From a virus, in the IMG/VR virus record IMGVR_UViG_3300042881_006586: a stretch of DNA of 64,000 nt, one strand, 5' to 3'. The notes under the pieces were generated by a model, which searched no databases, was not told the DNA's origin, and saw only the letters and a list, made by a program, of their open reading frames with translations. How positions within the stretch are numbered: position 1 is the first letter of the stretch; each line of letters starts with the position of its first letter. A program made the position numbers and the translations under genes. Below are positions 39,796 through 50,573 of the stretch, piece by piece.

Positions 39796-40542
39796 TTATA
39801 AATAGTAGAATTCCTCAATATTTAGCAGTTTTGCTATAACTTTTTCTTCAACATTTTCAGTTTTTGAAGCATGAAAATGCCCATAGAACCAATATTGAGG
39901 CATCATTTTATCATAAAATTTTTCATAGAGATTTTGTACCAAATTTCTTTCAAGTGTCAAATCATAAATCAACATAGCATCATCTTTTGCATAGTGATTT
40001 ACAATGTTATTAAAGTTTTGTGGATAAAAAATCTTAGGAGCTGTATGAGTAACTACAATATCTATATGTAATTTCTCAAGAATGTTATCGATTTCTACTT
40101 CGTTATAATCAAATTTTTCATCTTCCCACCATAAGTTTCTTCCGATAACTATACTTTGTTCTTTTGAAACTCTTCTATCTATAGAAACAGCTCCTCCAAC
40201 ACAAAGGATATTATGAATACTATTTTGAAGAATTGAATAATCTTGTAAAAAGATAATATTTGAATATAAATCTACATTTGATGCTTGAAAATAACTTGGG
40301 TCATCATGATTTCCTCTGATGATATATAAAAAGTTATTTCTTTTCTTTAAATTTGAAGATAATTCTTTTAATAGACTTGATTCCTCATCTTTCTTTTTAT
40401 AGCCTATACCAAAATCACCAACTTGAATAAGATTTGTATTTGAAATATCATTTTTTTCAAAATGGTTTTGAATTATGCTCCAATTACCATGTATATCTCC
40501 TAAGAAACTTAAAGGATTTTCATTTATTCTTAATACGTTCAT
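39796..40542 (-). CDS. Second calcineurin-like metallophosphoesterase (start revised to ATG 40542)
   Basis: GDIHG, GDFG, RGNHD, GGA.SID, THTAP, GHFH. Confidence 0.88.
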   Translation of the reverse strand: MNVLRINENPLSFLGDIHGNWSIIQNHFEKNDISNTNLIQVGDFGIGYKKKDEESSLLKELSSNLKKRNNFLYIIRGNHDDPSYFQASNVDLYSNIIFLQDYSILQNSIHNILCVGGAVSIDRRVSKEQSIVIGRNLWWEDEKFDYNEVEIDNILEKLHIDIVVTHTAPKIFYPQNFNNIVNHYAKDDAMLIYDLTLERNLVQNLYEKFYDKMMPQYWFYGHFHASKTENVEEKVIAKLLNIEEFYYL

Positions 40543-40561
40543 AATTTTTATTTTTATTTTA

Positions 40562-40592
40562 CAAATATAGCAAAAAAATTTAGTTTTTCCAA
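40562..40592 (-). promoter_or_regulatory. Bacteroidota-type promoter TTG-N20-TATATTTG (minus strand)
   Basis: 19 nt before ATG 40542; divergent from the ATATTTAT motif at 40627. Confidence 0.65.
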
Positions 40593-40648
40593 TTTTTACA
40601 TAATTTAATATAAAATCGGTTTTTAGATATTTATTAGAAAAATTTGAC

Positions 40649-42472
40649 ATGCAAAAGAAAATTAATTATTATACAAGAGATTTTGCAGGAATCCGTGCAG
40701 AACTAATTAATTATACTAAAAAACATTTTCCTAATACTTATACAGAATTTGATGATGCCTCAATAGGTATGCTTTTGATAGAGTTGAATGCAGCTTTAGG
40801 CGATATGCTTTCATTTAATATTGATAAAGTAGCTCAAGAAAACTTGATTAGCTATGCTCAAGAAAGACGCTCAATTTTAGCATTAGCAAGAACATTTGGG
40901 CTTAGAGTTCCTTACAAAAGACCTGCAGTAACTATTTGTGATTTTAGTGTAGAAGTCCCTACAAATTCTGATACTTTTGATTTGAATTATGCTCCTTTGA
41001 TTATTAGAGGTGCTGAAGTTTTAGGTGGCGGCCAATCTTTTGAAACATTATATGATATTGACTTTTCTTCACCTTATAACGCTCAAGGCGTATCTAATAG
41101 AATTATTATTCCAAATGTAGATAATACAGGTGGAATAGCAACTTATACTTTGACTAAGAGGGAATTAGTTGTTGCAGGAAAAACTAAGTTTTTCAAAAGA
41201 GCTATCACTTCAAGTGAAGTTACAAAATTCTTTGAAATAGATTTACCTGATAGTGATGTATTATCTGTAGAATCAATTATTTCTTTAGATGGAACAAATT
41301 ATCAAAGACTTCCAACATTGTCTGAACAAACTGACCCAAATAATCTTTGGTACAATGTTGATTCGTTGGCAGAAAGTAAAATATTCATAGAGAAACCATT
41401 GCTTCCTTCGGATAAGCAAGGTGTATTGGTGGGAAGTTGGGAAACAATTACAAGAAGATTTATGTATGAATATTCTGATAGAGGATTTGTCACTATCAGA
41501 TTCGGTAATGGCGTTCAAGATACTTCTACTTCAAGCGAATATGTAACTGATTCAGATGTATTTTTGAAATCAATACAAGATTATGTATTCGATAACTCAT
41601 TAGGAGATATTCCTAAAGCTAATTCAACTTTATTTGTAAAATATAGAGTAGGTGGAGGTTTAACAAGTAATATTGGTGTTAATACACTTACTTCTTTAGG
41701 AAATTATACTATTTTCGTTACAGGTCAAAATAATGGTACAAATCAAAGAGTAAAATCTTCTTTAACAGTAAATAATCCTTTACCTGCATTTGGAGGTTCA
41801 GATGAGCCTTCTGTAGAAGAAATGCGAAATATTGTAAGATACAATTTCGCTGCTCAAAATAGATGTATTACTCTTCAGGATTACTATTCAAGGATTTATC
41901 AAATGAGTGGTAAATTTGGTGTTCCATATAAAGCTTCTGTAGCTAAGATTGCAAATAAAATCGAAATATCAATTCTTGGGGTTGATTCAGATGGGAAATT
42001 GACAAATCAATCAACCAATACAATGAAAGAAAATCTTTCAACGTATCTTTCAAAATTCAAATCTTTGAATGACTATATTTCAGTTAAGGATGGTAAAATA
42101 TTGAATATTGGTTTTGAATTTGATTTATTTATTGACCCTAACTTCAATAGAAACGAAATTGCTTCAGAAGTAATAAATGCTGCAAGTAATTTCATTCAGG
42201 AACAAAATTTAATAATGGGTCAAGACATTTATTTATCACAACTTGTTGAAATTATAAACAGTATAGGAGGGGTATTAAATGTTATTGATTTTAGAGTTTA
42301 TAATAAAGTCGGATTTGGTATATATTCATTGAACACAACAGGTCAACCATTGACTGATGCAACAACAGGTCAAATTGATTTATTGGGTCAAAATGCAATA
42401 TTTTCGGATTACGATGAAATTTTTGAAATAAAATACCCTGAAAAGGATATTAAAATAAGATTCTCAATTTAA
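40649..42472 (+). CDS. Baseplate wedge protein (T4 gp6 / baseplate J-like)
   Basis: YYTRDFAGIR, LSFNID, IRFGNG, YRVGGG..SN, GGSDE, AQNRCITLQDY. Confidence 0.88.
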   Translation: MQKKINYYTRDFAGIRAELINYTKKHFPNTYTEFDDASIGMLLIELNAALGDMLSFNIDKVAQENLISYAQERRSILALARTFGLRVPYKRPAVTICDFSVEVPTNSDTFDLNYAPLIIRGAEVLGGGQSFETLYDIDFSSPYNAQGVSNRIIIPNVDNTGGIATYTLTKRELVVAGKTKFFKRAITSSEVTKFFEIDLPDSDVLSVESIISLDGTNYQRLPTLSEQTDPNNLWYNVDSLAESKIFIEKPLLPSDKQGVLVGSWETITRRFMYEYSDRGFVTIRFGNGVQDTSTSSEYVTDSDVFLKSIQDYVFDNSLGDIPKANSTLFVKYRVGGGLTSNIGVNTLTSLGNYTIFVTGQNNGTNQRVKSSLTVNNPLPAFGGSDEPSVEEMRNIVRYNFAAQNRCITLQDYYSRIYQMSGKFGVPYKASVAKIANKIEISILGVDSDGKLTNQSTNTMKENLSTYLSKFKSLNDYISVKDGKILNIGFEFDLFIDPNFNRNEIASEVINAASNFIQEQNLIMGQDIYLSQLVEIINSIGGVLNVIDFRVYNKVGFGIYSLNTTGQPLTDATTGQIDLLGQNAIFSDYDEIFEIKYPEKDIKIRFSI

Positions 42473-42476
42473 AATT

Positions 42477-42764
42477 ATGGCTTGTAGTACTTGTAACAAA
42501 AAAAAGAATGTTAAACTGAAACAAAGTTTAAACAGTAATGAAAATGGTGATTTTAGTGAATTGGTTGCAAATGCAACAACAAATCAAGCTATCTTTAGCG
42601 GAAGATTAGGAAAATTTTTCTTCTTTTTAATTTTATTAGTTTGTGCATTAACACCAATTATAAATTTAGCTGCAGTGTATGTATTTTACATAGCAGTTTA
42701 CGGAAAAAATACAAAAAAACAAAAGAATGTCACGGAACATACGAATACAGACGAAACCGAATGA
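42477..42764 (+). CDS. Small membrane protein with N-terminal CxxC
   Basis: MACSTC, then long hydrophobic stretch FFFFLILLVCALTPIINLAAVYVFYIAVY and a basic tail. Confidence 0.6.
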   Translation: MACSTCNKKKNVKLKQSLNSNENGDFSELVANATTNQAIFSGRLGKFFFFLILLVCALTPIINLAAVYVFYIAVYGKNTKKQKNVTEHTNTDETE

Positions 42765-45700
42765 TGGAGACAAGTATGTAAAAGTTAAACTTGAACATTC
42801 ATTTGATTTTCTTGAAATTTTATCATTAAGATTAACTCAAGCCGATGTATATAGAAAATTTGCAGCGGACTATGGTGTTATTGTGGGGAGAGTTATTGCA
42901 AATGGAGGATTTGGTATTCCAAATGCTAAAGTTTCTGTTTTTATTCCTTTGGATGCTAATGAAACCAATCCTTTAATAAAAGAATTATACCCTTATCAAA
43001 CAACAAAAGACACTAATTTTGATGGAGTAAGGTATAATCTATTAGAAGATACCGCTCAAAGACCCTGCCATAACCCTGTTGGAACTTTTCCAAATAAAAG
43101 GAAAGTATTAGATAATGATGTATGGCTTGAAATATATGATAAATATTATAAATTTACAACCTCTACGAATTTCGCAGGGGATTTTATGATTTTTGGTGTT
43201 CCTACAGGAAACCAAAATATGCATATGGATGTAGATTACAGCAATATAGATTATGTTTCTTTAAAACCTTATGATTTAATTGAGCAAGGTTATACTGAAA
43301 ATTTATTTGAATCAAAAACTACATTTAAAACAGGAACTGATTTAGCTTCTTTAGTGCAAGTTCAATCAAATGACTATGCTGTAAATGTTTTACCTTTTTG
43401 GGGAGATTTAGAAGAAAACGAAATAGGAATAAATAGAGTTGATTTTAATTTGAATACCGAGATTATTCCTAATGCAACATTTTTTGGTTCTATATTTACA
43501 GATTCAAAAAAATCCTCCATTAGAAAAAAATGTCAGCCAAGGAAGACTGTAGGTAAAAACTGCGATTTAGCAACAGGTATAGGTAGAATAGAGATGATTC
43601 GAAGAGTATCTGATACTTCTAATGAAGTTGAATACATGGAAATTGAATCTAAGCAAATTGATGAAAATGGAAATTGGGCATTTACTGTTCCAATGAATCT
43701 AACTAAATTAGTTACGGATGAATTTGGCAATTTAATTCTTTCTGAAGACCCAAATGTAGGAATTGGTACAACTGCTAAAGTAAGATTTAGAATGGCATTG
43801 GATGAACAAAAAGATGCTATAAAATTTAGAAGTGCGCATTATTTAATACCAAATATGTATAATAATTATCAATTTGGTAGCGACACTGAAGATTTTGATT
43901 TCTTTGATATGCGTTGGAAGAAGACTTATACTGTCACAAATTATATTCCAAGATACCAAAAAGCTACAGGGAGTGCAACAAGATTGCATACAGGAATAAA
44001 AGATATTGGAGAATGTGAAAATACGCAGTCTTTTCCTTTTAATCGATTAGATTTAAATCCAACATTTCTTTTTACAATTCTTTGTATTTTTATTACGTTT
44101 TTTGCATTTGTTATCAATATTATAAATAGATTACTTCGATTAATTGTATTTGGTGTTGTTTTAAAATTTGTATGTTATTTAAAACATTGGAGAAATAGTG
44201 CAAAAAGAGGTGCGTGTAGATGCAATGCTTGTTTTGAATTGGAAAGCGGTCTACAAGAGCCTCCAAGTCCTTCATTTCCTCCTGCTTGGCTACCATCGGC
44301 AACTTCTCCATGTCCCGATTGTATAGAATGTGCAGTATGTTATGATGCAAGTGATGATGGCACTACATCAAGCTCATCTTATTCTTTTAAACCAAGTCCC
44401 ACAACTTTGTTGCCTCCTTCTATAGCAATAACTGTTGATGGTGGTGGACTTTTAGGTATAAGTCAAACAGCTACAGTAGGGAGTGGAAATTTCAGTTCAA
44501 TATCCCCTGTACCAACAAATACAGGTTATCAATTTATATTACAAACAGATGGAAGTGGGTATTTATCTAAAGTACTTATTATTAATCAATCAGGTTTAGG
44601 TACTATTCCTTCAACTTATAGTACAAATTATACACTTACATTAACTCCTGCTTCATATGTTAATCCTGCATTTTGGGGAACTGCTACAAGTGTTGCATTT
44701 ACATTAACTCCACAAGAAATTATTATTTTAAGTGACCCTGCAGATGCTGCTGCTGCAACCTATAGTGGAATTGATGACACAATGTATACATATGGATTAG
44801 GAAATGGAGGTGGAGTTGTATTTGAAGTGACTATCAATGCAGATGGGCAATTACAAAATATACAAGTTTTTAACCCTAATGAGGGTGATTTGTATTTTCC
44901 ATATAATTCAACCTTTCCAACTTTAGAAGTATTTACAATTCCTGCAATAGATTTAGGTGCAGTAAGCCCTAAATCTTTTGGATTTTCATATGATGCATTT
45001 CAAACCGTAACAGTAGTAGATGGTATTACTGTTGATTGTGAAAATTTTGATATTTCAGATTGTGAAGGTGAATGTGATAGTTGCCCTATTTCAATAATTG
45101 AATTAACATGTGATGCTAATGGTATTACCTATGAAAATGTTTATGATTGGGCAAACTGTGTAAAAGAAAATTTAGCAGAAAACTTAGGAATAGTTAAATT
45201 TGATTTTTATAATGATTGGGTTATTGGTTCATTGTATTCAAGACTTTTTGATTATAAATCTAAATTTAAAAAGAAGGGAAAATCTCTTGAAAGATATTGT
45301 GATTACAATTGTAGAGCTCCAAATGTTAGTGTTTCTGCATTTTGCCCAACATCACCACCTGAAAAAGACCCTAATTATAAACGTAGAAGAAATAGATGTT
45401 ATAATGCATATATTGCAGAAAGTTATATTTTCAATGATGAACCTCGTTCAGTTTGTAATGAAGATGTTAATTTGTGGGAAATGACTGAAATATATTCCCC
45501 TGAACAATCACAACAACAAGGAAGAGGTTTAGTAATTGAATATGATGGAATATTATATTATGCTGCAAGACATGATATTGATATAAATACTGTTACAAAT
45601 GCAAATTTGAGTGCTAACACTTTAACAGTTGCTGAAAAATATAATTTACTTTTTGCTACCAATTTAATTGAACTCGGAAGTATGGTTACATGTGATAGAG

Positions 45701-46290
45701 ATGGAGAACCTTTTGTAGTTAATAGTTTAGAATCTACAACCTATCAAAAAGACGATGGAATAGGGGTATTATATGATTATTCTGATTGTTTTACTTCATG
45801 TCCTATAAATAGATATGGAACTCAACTAATGAGTCAAGCAGGTATCGAAATAGCATTTGCTGAGGCAGGAGATAACCCAATTTTGATTGGCGATGATGGT
45901 GAACAATATAACTTAGTTGGTGCATTATCTCCTGCTAATGAATATGTACCTGATTATGATGAAAATAATGGAATTATAATTTTTGATAGGGCTGATATAG
46001 TTTTGAGAAGGTTATTATGTGAGAATTTTGATTATTATGGTGTTTCAAGAACTTATACATCAACTGAAATTCCTGCGGATGACCCATTAGCTTCTTATGT
46101 AGAAGAAGTTTCACTTGATACTGACCCTAATGATATTTTAGAATTTACAATAGATGAATGTACAGGATTTGATGATGCAGCAAAACCATCAGAAAAAATG
46201 CCACCATACTATATGTATTTTGGTATAAGGCAAGGACAGTCTTCTTTAGATAAATTAAGAAAAAATTATTTTGACAGATGTATTGATTAA
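42727..46290 (+). CDS. Large Cys-rich baseplate/structural protein with internal hydrophobic helix
   Basis: 1187 aa in the baseplate module; many Cys pairs; FLFTILCIFITFFAFVINII segment. Confidence 0.65.
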   Translation: MSRNIRIQTKPNDGDKYVKVKLEHSFDFLEILSLRLTQADVYRKFAADYGVIVGRVIANGGFGIPNAKVSVFIPLDANETNPLIKELYPYQTTKDTNFDGVRYNLLEDTAQRPCHNPVGTFPNKRKVLDNDVWLEIYDKYYKFTTSTNFAGDFMIFGVPTGNQNMHMDVDYSNIDYVSLKPYDLIEQGYTENLFESKTTFKTGTDLASLVQVQSNDYAVNVLPFWGDLEENEIGINRVDFNLNTEIIPNATFFGSIFTDSKKSSIRKKCQPRKTVGKNCDLATGIGRIEMIRRVSDTSNEVEYMEIESKQIDENGNWAFTVPMNLTKLVTDEFGNLILSEDPNVGIGTTAKVRFRMALDEQKDAIKFRSAHYLIPNMYNNYQFGSDTEDFDFFDMRWKKTYTVTNYIPRYQKATGSATRLHTGIKDIGECENTQSFPFNRLDLNPTFLFTILCIFITFFAFVINIINRLLRLIVFGVVLKFVCYLKHWRNSAKRGACRCNACFELESGLQEPPSPSFPPAWLPSATSPCPDCIECAVCYDASDDGTTSSSSYSFKPSPTTLLPPSIAITVDGGGLLGISQTATVGSGNFSSISPVPTNTGYQFILQTDGSGYLSKVLIINQSGLGTIPSTYSTNYTLTLTPASYVNPAFWGTATSVAFTLTPQEIIILSDPADAAAATYSGIDDTMYTYGLGNGGGVVFEVTINADGQLQNIQVFNPNEGDLYFPYNSTFPTLEVFTIPAIDLGAVSPKSFGFSYDAFQTVTVVDGITVDCENFDISDCEGECDSCPISIIELTCDANGITYENVYDWANCVKENLAENLGIVKFDFYNDWVIGSLYSRLFDYKSKFKKKGKSLERYCDYNCRAPNVSVSAFCPTSPPEKDPNYKRRRNRCYNAYIAESYIFNDEPRSVCNEDVNLWEMTEIYSPEQSQQQGRGLVIEYDGILYYAARHDIDINTVTNANLSANTLTVAEKYNLLFATNLIELGSMVTCDRDGEPFVVNSLESTTYQKDDGIGVLYDYSDCFTSCPINRYGTQLMSQAGIEIAFAEAGDNPILIGDDGEQYNLVGALSPANEYVPDYDENNGIIIFDRADIVLRRLLCENFDYYGVSRTYTSTEIPADDPLASYVEEVSLDTDPNDILEFTIDECTGFDDAAKPSEKMPPYYMYFGIRQGQSSLDKLRKNYFDRCID

Positions 46291-46293
46291 AAA

Positions 46294-47931
46294 ATGGAAT
46301 CTAACGAAAGAATAGTATTAAACTCCTTTAAATCAAAAAATGATGTAAATCTTGACATTCAATTGAAACAAGATTTTCATCAAACGCATAACCTTGTTCC
46401 AATTGAACCTATTGATGAGGAAATAAATGTTCCTGATTATTTTAGCATTGAACGACAAAATTCTACTATATACAGATTTCTTGGTAATATAAATACTGTA
46501 GCATCAAATGTTTTATTCAATTGGGATGGAGCTCAATCATATCAAAACGTATTAGCATTAATGGATTATGATACAGGAGAACTTGATTCAACAGATGAAT
46601 ATGTTTTTACTCAGGATGAAATTTTAAAAGAAAAAGATGGTTGGTTTTATTATAATAATACAGGAGATACTATTTCCTGTGATAAAGTTTATTTAGAGCC
46701 TGTACCTGATAGATTTTATCCATATAATCTTGATGGGGAAAATAATTGGAATATTTGGTTAACTTATCCAAAAGAAATTGATTTAGTTGCTTTAGAGTTT
46801 AATGGTGTTCCTTTAAGTGATGGAATTGCGATATATTCAGGAACAACTGTCACTATTGATGATAGACCAATGACAGCATTAATATGTTCAATTAATCATG
46901 GTTTATCCGTAGGAGATGAAATAATCATAAGAAGTAATCCAATTTTACCTGCAACAGATACAGGATACGAAGGAACTTTTAATGTTTATGCTTTAGGATT
47001 TGGAGATGGTACTTATGAATCAAATACATTTATCATTGATTACGTTATCCCTGTATTTCCTGCACCACCTGCTAATGTATTTGCCAATACAAGAACTTCT
47101 TTCAAAAAAGTTATTGATGGGCAAGAATCTGAATATCATGGAAGATGGTTTGAAAAAATAACGAAACTATCCGATATTGAGCTTTATAATACTGCATTTG
47201 CAACCAATATATATAACGACCAAATTTTCTCATATAATTTCAAAAAAGATATTGATTTAAATTTATACCTTGATTATTTAGGAAGACCATTGACTGAAGT
47301 TTATGTTTCCTTTGCAAAGAGACAAGATTATTATCCAAGAGGAGGTCAAGTATGGACTTTAGTGGAAAGTGGTCTTAAAACTGTTACAATAAATACTGAA
47401 TACGATATCAATACTATCACTTCAATTAGCTTAAATGATTCTATTGAAAGTAATGTAAATGCTATAACTGATTATTTATTTGGAGATATTATTGAGTATA
47501 ACAAAGTTTCACAACTTGAAAGGGTTTTAGAGGTTGCTTATCATCGTTTCAATACTGTCAATAGGGAAGCTAATAATTTCTTAGAAGGATATTATTATAA
47601 AGTACATTATAAAAATCAAATTAGAAAATTTGCAAATTATTTAAATGTAGAATTTGAAAACGCTGAAACTATACCTTTTTATACAGTTAATATGGGAGAT
47701 GGTAGATATATATGGAGAGATATTGAACCAAATGATTTTAGTAATGGAAGCACAATACCATTTTTAAATGGTTGTCATTATATTTACAATAATATAAATC
47801 TACTTATTCAAAGGCAAGACCCATGTAATATTTATTTTAACCAAAATATTAATAAAGTTACAGGTATATGCGGTGATGGCACAAATGAACAATTTACAGA
47901 GGTAGTTCCAACAAATAATTTCTGCGATTAA
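46294..47931 (+). CDS. Putative baseplate structural protein
   Basis: 545 aa, acidic, beta-rich, tightly packed in the module. Confidence 0.6.
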   Translation: MESNERIVLNSFKSKNDVNLDIQLKQDFHQTHNLVPIEPIDEEINVPDYFSIERQNSTIYRFLGNINTVASNVLFNWDGAQSYQNVLALMDYDTGELDSTDEYVFTQDEILKEKDGWFYYNNTGDTISCDKVYLEPVPDRFYPYNLDGENNWNIWLTYPKEIDLVALEFNGVPLSDGIAIYSGTTVTIDDRPMTALICSINHGLSVGDEIIIRSNPILPATDTGYEGTFNVYALGFGDGTYESNTFIIDYVIPVFPAPPANVFANTRTSFKKVIDGQESEYHGRWFEKITKLSDIELYNTAFATNIYNDQIFSYNFKKDIDLNLYLDYLGRPLTEVYVSFAKRQDYYPRGGQVWTLVESGLKTVTINTEYDINTITSISLNDSIESNVNAITDYLFGDIIEYNKVSQLERVLEVAYHRFNTVNREANNFLEGYYYKVHYKNQIRKFANYLNVEFENAETIPFYTVNMGDGRYIWRDIEPNDFSNGSTIPFLNGCHYIYNNINLLIQRQDPCNIYFNQNINKVTGICGDGTNEQFTEVVPTNNFCD

Positions 47932-48776
47932 TGGAAAAATATAAATTAAGTTTAAATAATTTAAGTCAAGAAAATAACTTTATAAAAATTCCCATAGGAC
48001 AAAATTTTTCTCCTATGGATAATTCTGAAATTGCCGAAAATCAGTTTCTTAATGATGCAACAGGTGAATCTGTTAATCCTATTGACGATTATGAAAAAGT
48101 TAGATTCTATCCTTTTAATGGAATAAATGAGATTATTATAAATTTGAATAATTTTGGAAGCACCCCTCTTTATTATGGGGATACAATTCCTACTTCAACT
48201 TTCAATTTAGGTTATTCAGATAGCGATGTTAAATTCTTTAGAAATCGTTTTAAAAATTCTTTTATTAAATTAAATTTTTATGATTCGGCAAATCCTTCTG
48301 ATAAACGATTAATGTTTCAACAGATAATTTATAATCAGTTAAACGAAGACCAAAGAGATATAAACGGCAATTTATTATCAGTTTCGGCAATGCCGATTTC
48401 TTATAGATTGGTTGACCCTGTAACTATAAGAAAAGGCTTATCTGAAGGCTATTATCTTTATTGGTTTAAAAACACTTCTACATCTTATCCAAAGAAGTTT
48501 TATATGACTGCAACATATAACAATGCTGCAGATGGTATAATCACTCCTTTGATGGCATATGATACTACAGATGGTTTTGTGAACCCTTTTGCCCCAACTT
48601 TACCTATAAATTTATATAACAATTATAATAGTGTAAAATATTTGTTATCGAGCATAAATAATAATAATGTTTATTCAATAACAAGTTTAGACTCATCAAC
48701 AGGAACAAATTATAGAACTATAAATGTAACAGGTAACACTTTAACAATAACATTGTATCCAATTAGAATTTCATGA
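47931..48776 (+). CDS. Putative baseplate structural protein
   Basis: 281 aa; TAATG start/stop coupling. Confidence 0.6.
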   Translation: MEKYKLSLNNLSQENNFIKIPIGQNFSPMDNSEIAENQFLNDATGESVNPIDDYEKVRFYPFNGINEIIINLNNFGSTPLYYGDTIPTSTFNLGYSDSDVKFFRNRFKNSFIKLNFYDSANPSDKRLMFQQIIYNQLNEDQRDINGNLLSVSAMPISYRLVDPVTIRKGLSEGYYLYWFKNTSTSYPKKFYMTATYNNAADGIITPLMAYDTTDGFVNPFAPTLPINLYNNYNSVKYLLSSINNNNVYSITSLDSSTGTNYRTINVTGNTLTITLYPIRIS

Positions 48777-49624
48777 TAAAAATATATAAAAAAATATCAT
48801 TAGAACCTTTTATAAATAGGGATTATCCTATAATCAGAGCAGGAATAGATACAACTGTTAATACTGATGAACATGGGAATCATATTGAATCAGTACCTTT
48901 AGGTGCGGATGCATATGTTAATAAAAATGAAAAATATGGGAAAATAGATAGAAGTTTTATTTATTTTCCTATTTATTTTACTCAGACATTTGAGAATATA
49001 GGCTTATTCACAAATGAAGAATTTATTGCTGCAGATGATTTAATTAATTCAGAACCTGATTATTTCACAAGAAAAACAGGTTTGAATGTTGAATACTATT
49101 ATACTTTTGATGAATATTTAGTTACAGGTACAACAGAATCTCAAATAGAGTTTGTTCAAATGTATAGTCAAAATAATCCTTATGTTGTAGGGTTAAATGT
49201 TTCTGATAGTCCTTCTGATGAATTCACAGGAGTTTTAACTATTACAACTGACAGTATCATTTATGTTATTGGAGGGCAATTAGATAATTCAGGAAATTAT
49301 GTTACTAATACAGGAATTATTTATGAAACATTTTTATACAATAAATTGGTTCAAAATCCTTTAACAGGTGAATATTCAGAAGTACCATATACAACTTTCA
49401 AATATTACACTAAAGGTTTTAGAGATTATAATACTGTGCTGATGGCTCTAATTCATGAAGAAAAATATTTAAATGTTGTAGCAGAGCCTACAATTGAAAA
49501 TGAATTACTTTTTGATAGAGGAACAGTGAATGTAAATGAAAGACATTTAAGGATGTCTGAAATAGATTCTGTTGAACAATTGGTAAGATATAATCAAAAT
49601 TTCTTTAATGTAAAAAAATTTTGA
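48773..49624 (+). CDS. Putative baseplate structural protein
   Basis: 283 aa; ATGA overlap. Confidence 0.6.
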   Translation: MIKIYKKISLEPFINRDYPIIRAGIDTTVNTDEHGNHIESVPLGADAYVNKNEKYGKIDRSFIYFPIYFTQTFENIGLFTNEEFIAADDLINSEPDYFTRKTGLNVEYYYTFDEYLVTGTTESQIEFVQMYSQNNPYVVGLNVSDSPSDEFTGVLTITTDSIIYVIGGQLDNSGNYVTNTGIIYETFLYNKLVQNPLTGEYSEVPYTTFKYYTKGFRDYNTVLMALIHEEKYLNVVAEPTIENELLFDRGTVNVNERHLRMSEIDSVEQLVRYNQNFFNVKKF

Positions 49625-49670
49625 TTTGAAATTTGAAATTAGATATTTATATTAAAATAAAAAAAACATA

Positions 49671-50573
49671 ATGGCAACAGGCGTATTTGGAACAAAAAGA
49701 AGTGCTGATTTTAGAGTACAAGATTGTGAAATTTTTTATATGTACAGTACTGATAGAGCAACTAACACTACTGAAGTTTTATCTTTAAATCCTGCACAAG
49801 TTTTAGAAAAACTTGATGACCCTACGGATTCAGGATTAATTCTTGGAGGATTATACAATCTTATTTTACCAACTTCTATATTTAATAAAAAAGGATTTTA
49901 TAATATTATTATAAGACCAAGAAGATTAAGAGTAAGAATTACAGATTGCGGTGTATTAGCTTCAAAACCTGATATCAGAGGGGTGTTATTTGATTTATCA
50001 TCAATTCCTGCTGAAGATGTTTCTAAATTTGAAAATAGTAATTTAATTGGATATAGAATTGAGTATGTGACTACAAATACAAGTGCGGATGAAAAGAAAA
50101 TTCAAAATCTTTTTAGAATTATTACATCTAATAACAAAGTAGAACCTATAAGTGAAACTTTGAATAATACTAATCAGAAATCTGTAAAATATCGATTGAA
50201 TGATAATAGCACTTTAGTTTTTTGTACCGTAACGCCATCTTCTGCCCCTTCAGTAAAACCAAATGCAGTGCCATTTATTGGATTGCCGAATCAAGAAGTA
50301 TTTTTGATTCCTACAATATTTGACCCAATTCATTTGGAAATAGAATTAGTAGAACATGACTTTGATACATTGGCAATTGGATTGTTTGGAAATCAAACTA
50401 AAGCTGTTGCAGATGGAACAAGAACTTACTATAATGAGAATAATCAGATTTACAAACAGTTTACTGAATATGTTATCAAGGATGAGGTTGGCGCAGAAAA
50501 ATTGTATGAAGTAAAAGAAGAAAAAGAAACAATAGACTTTTCAAAAGATTTCAATAATATTAGTAACTTATAA
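49671..50573 (+). CDS. Putative structural protein
   Basis: 300 aa; ATATTTAT motif at 49643. Confidence 0.6.
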   Translation: MATGVFGTKRSADFRVQDCEIFYMYSTDRATNTTEVLSLNPAQVLEKLDDPTDSGLILGGLYNLILPTSIFNKKGFYNIIIRPRRLRVRITDCGVLASKPDIRGVLFDLSSIPAEDVSKFENSNLIGYRIEYVTTNTSADEKKIQNLFRIITSNNKVEPISETLNNTNQKSVKYRLNDNSTLVFCTVTPSSAPSVKPNAVPFIGLPNQEVFLIPTIFDPIHLEIELVEHDFDTLAIGLFGNQTKAVADGTRTYYNENNQIYKQFTEYVIKDEVGAEKLYEVKEEKETIDFSKDFNNISNL

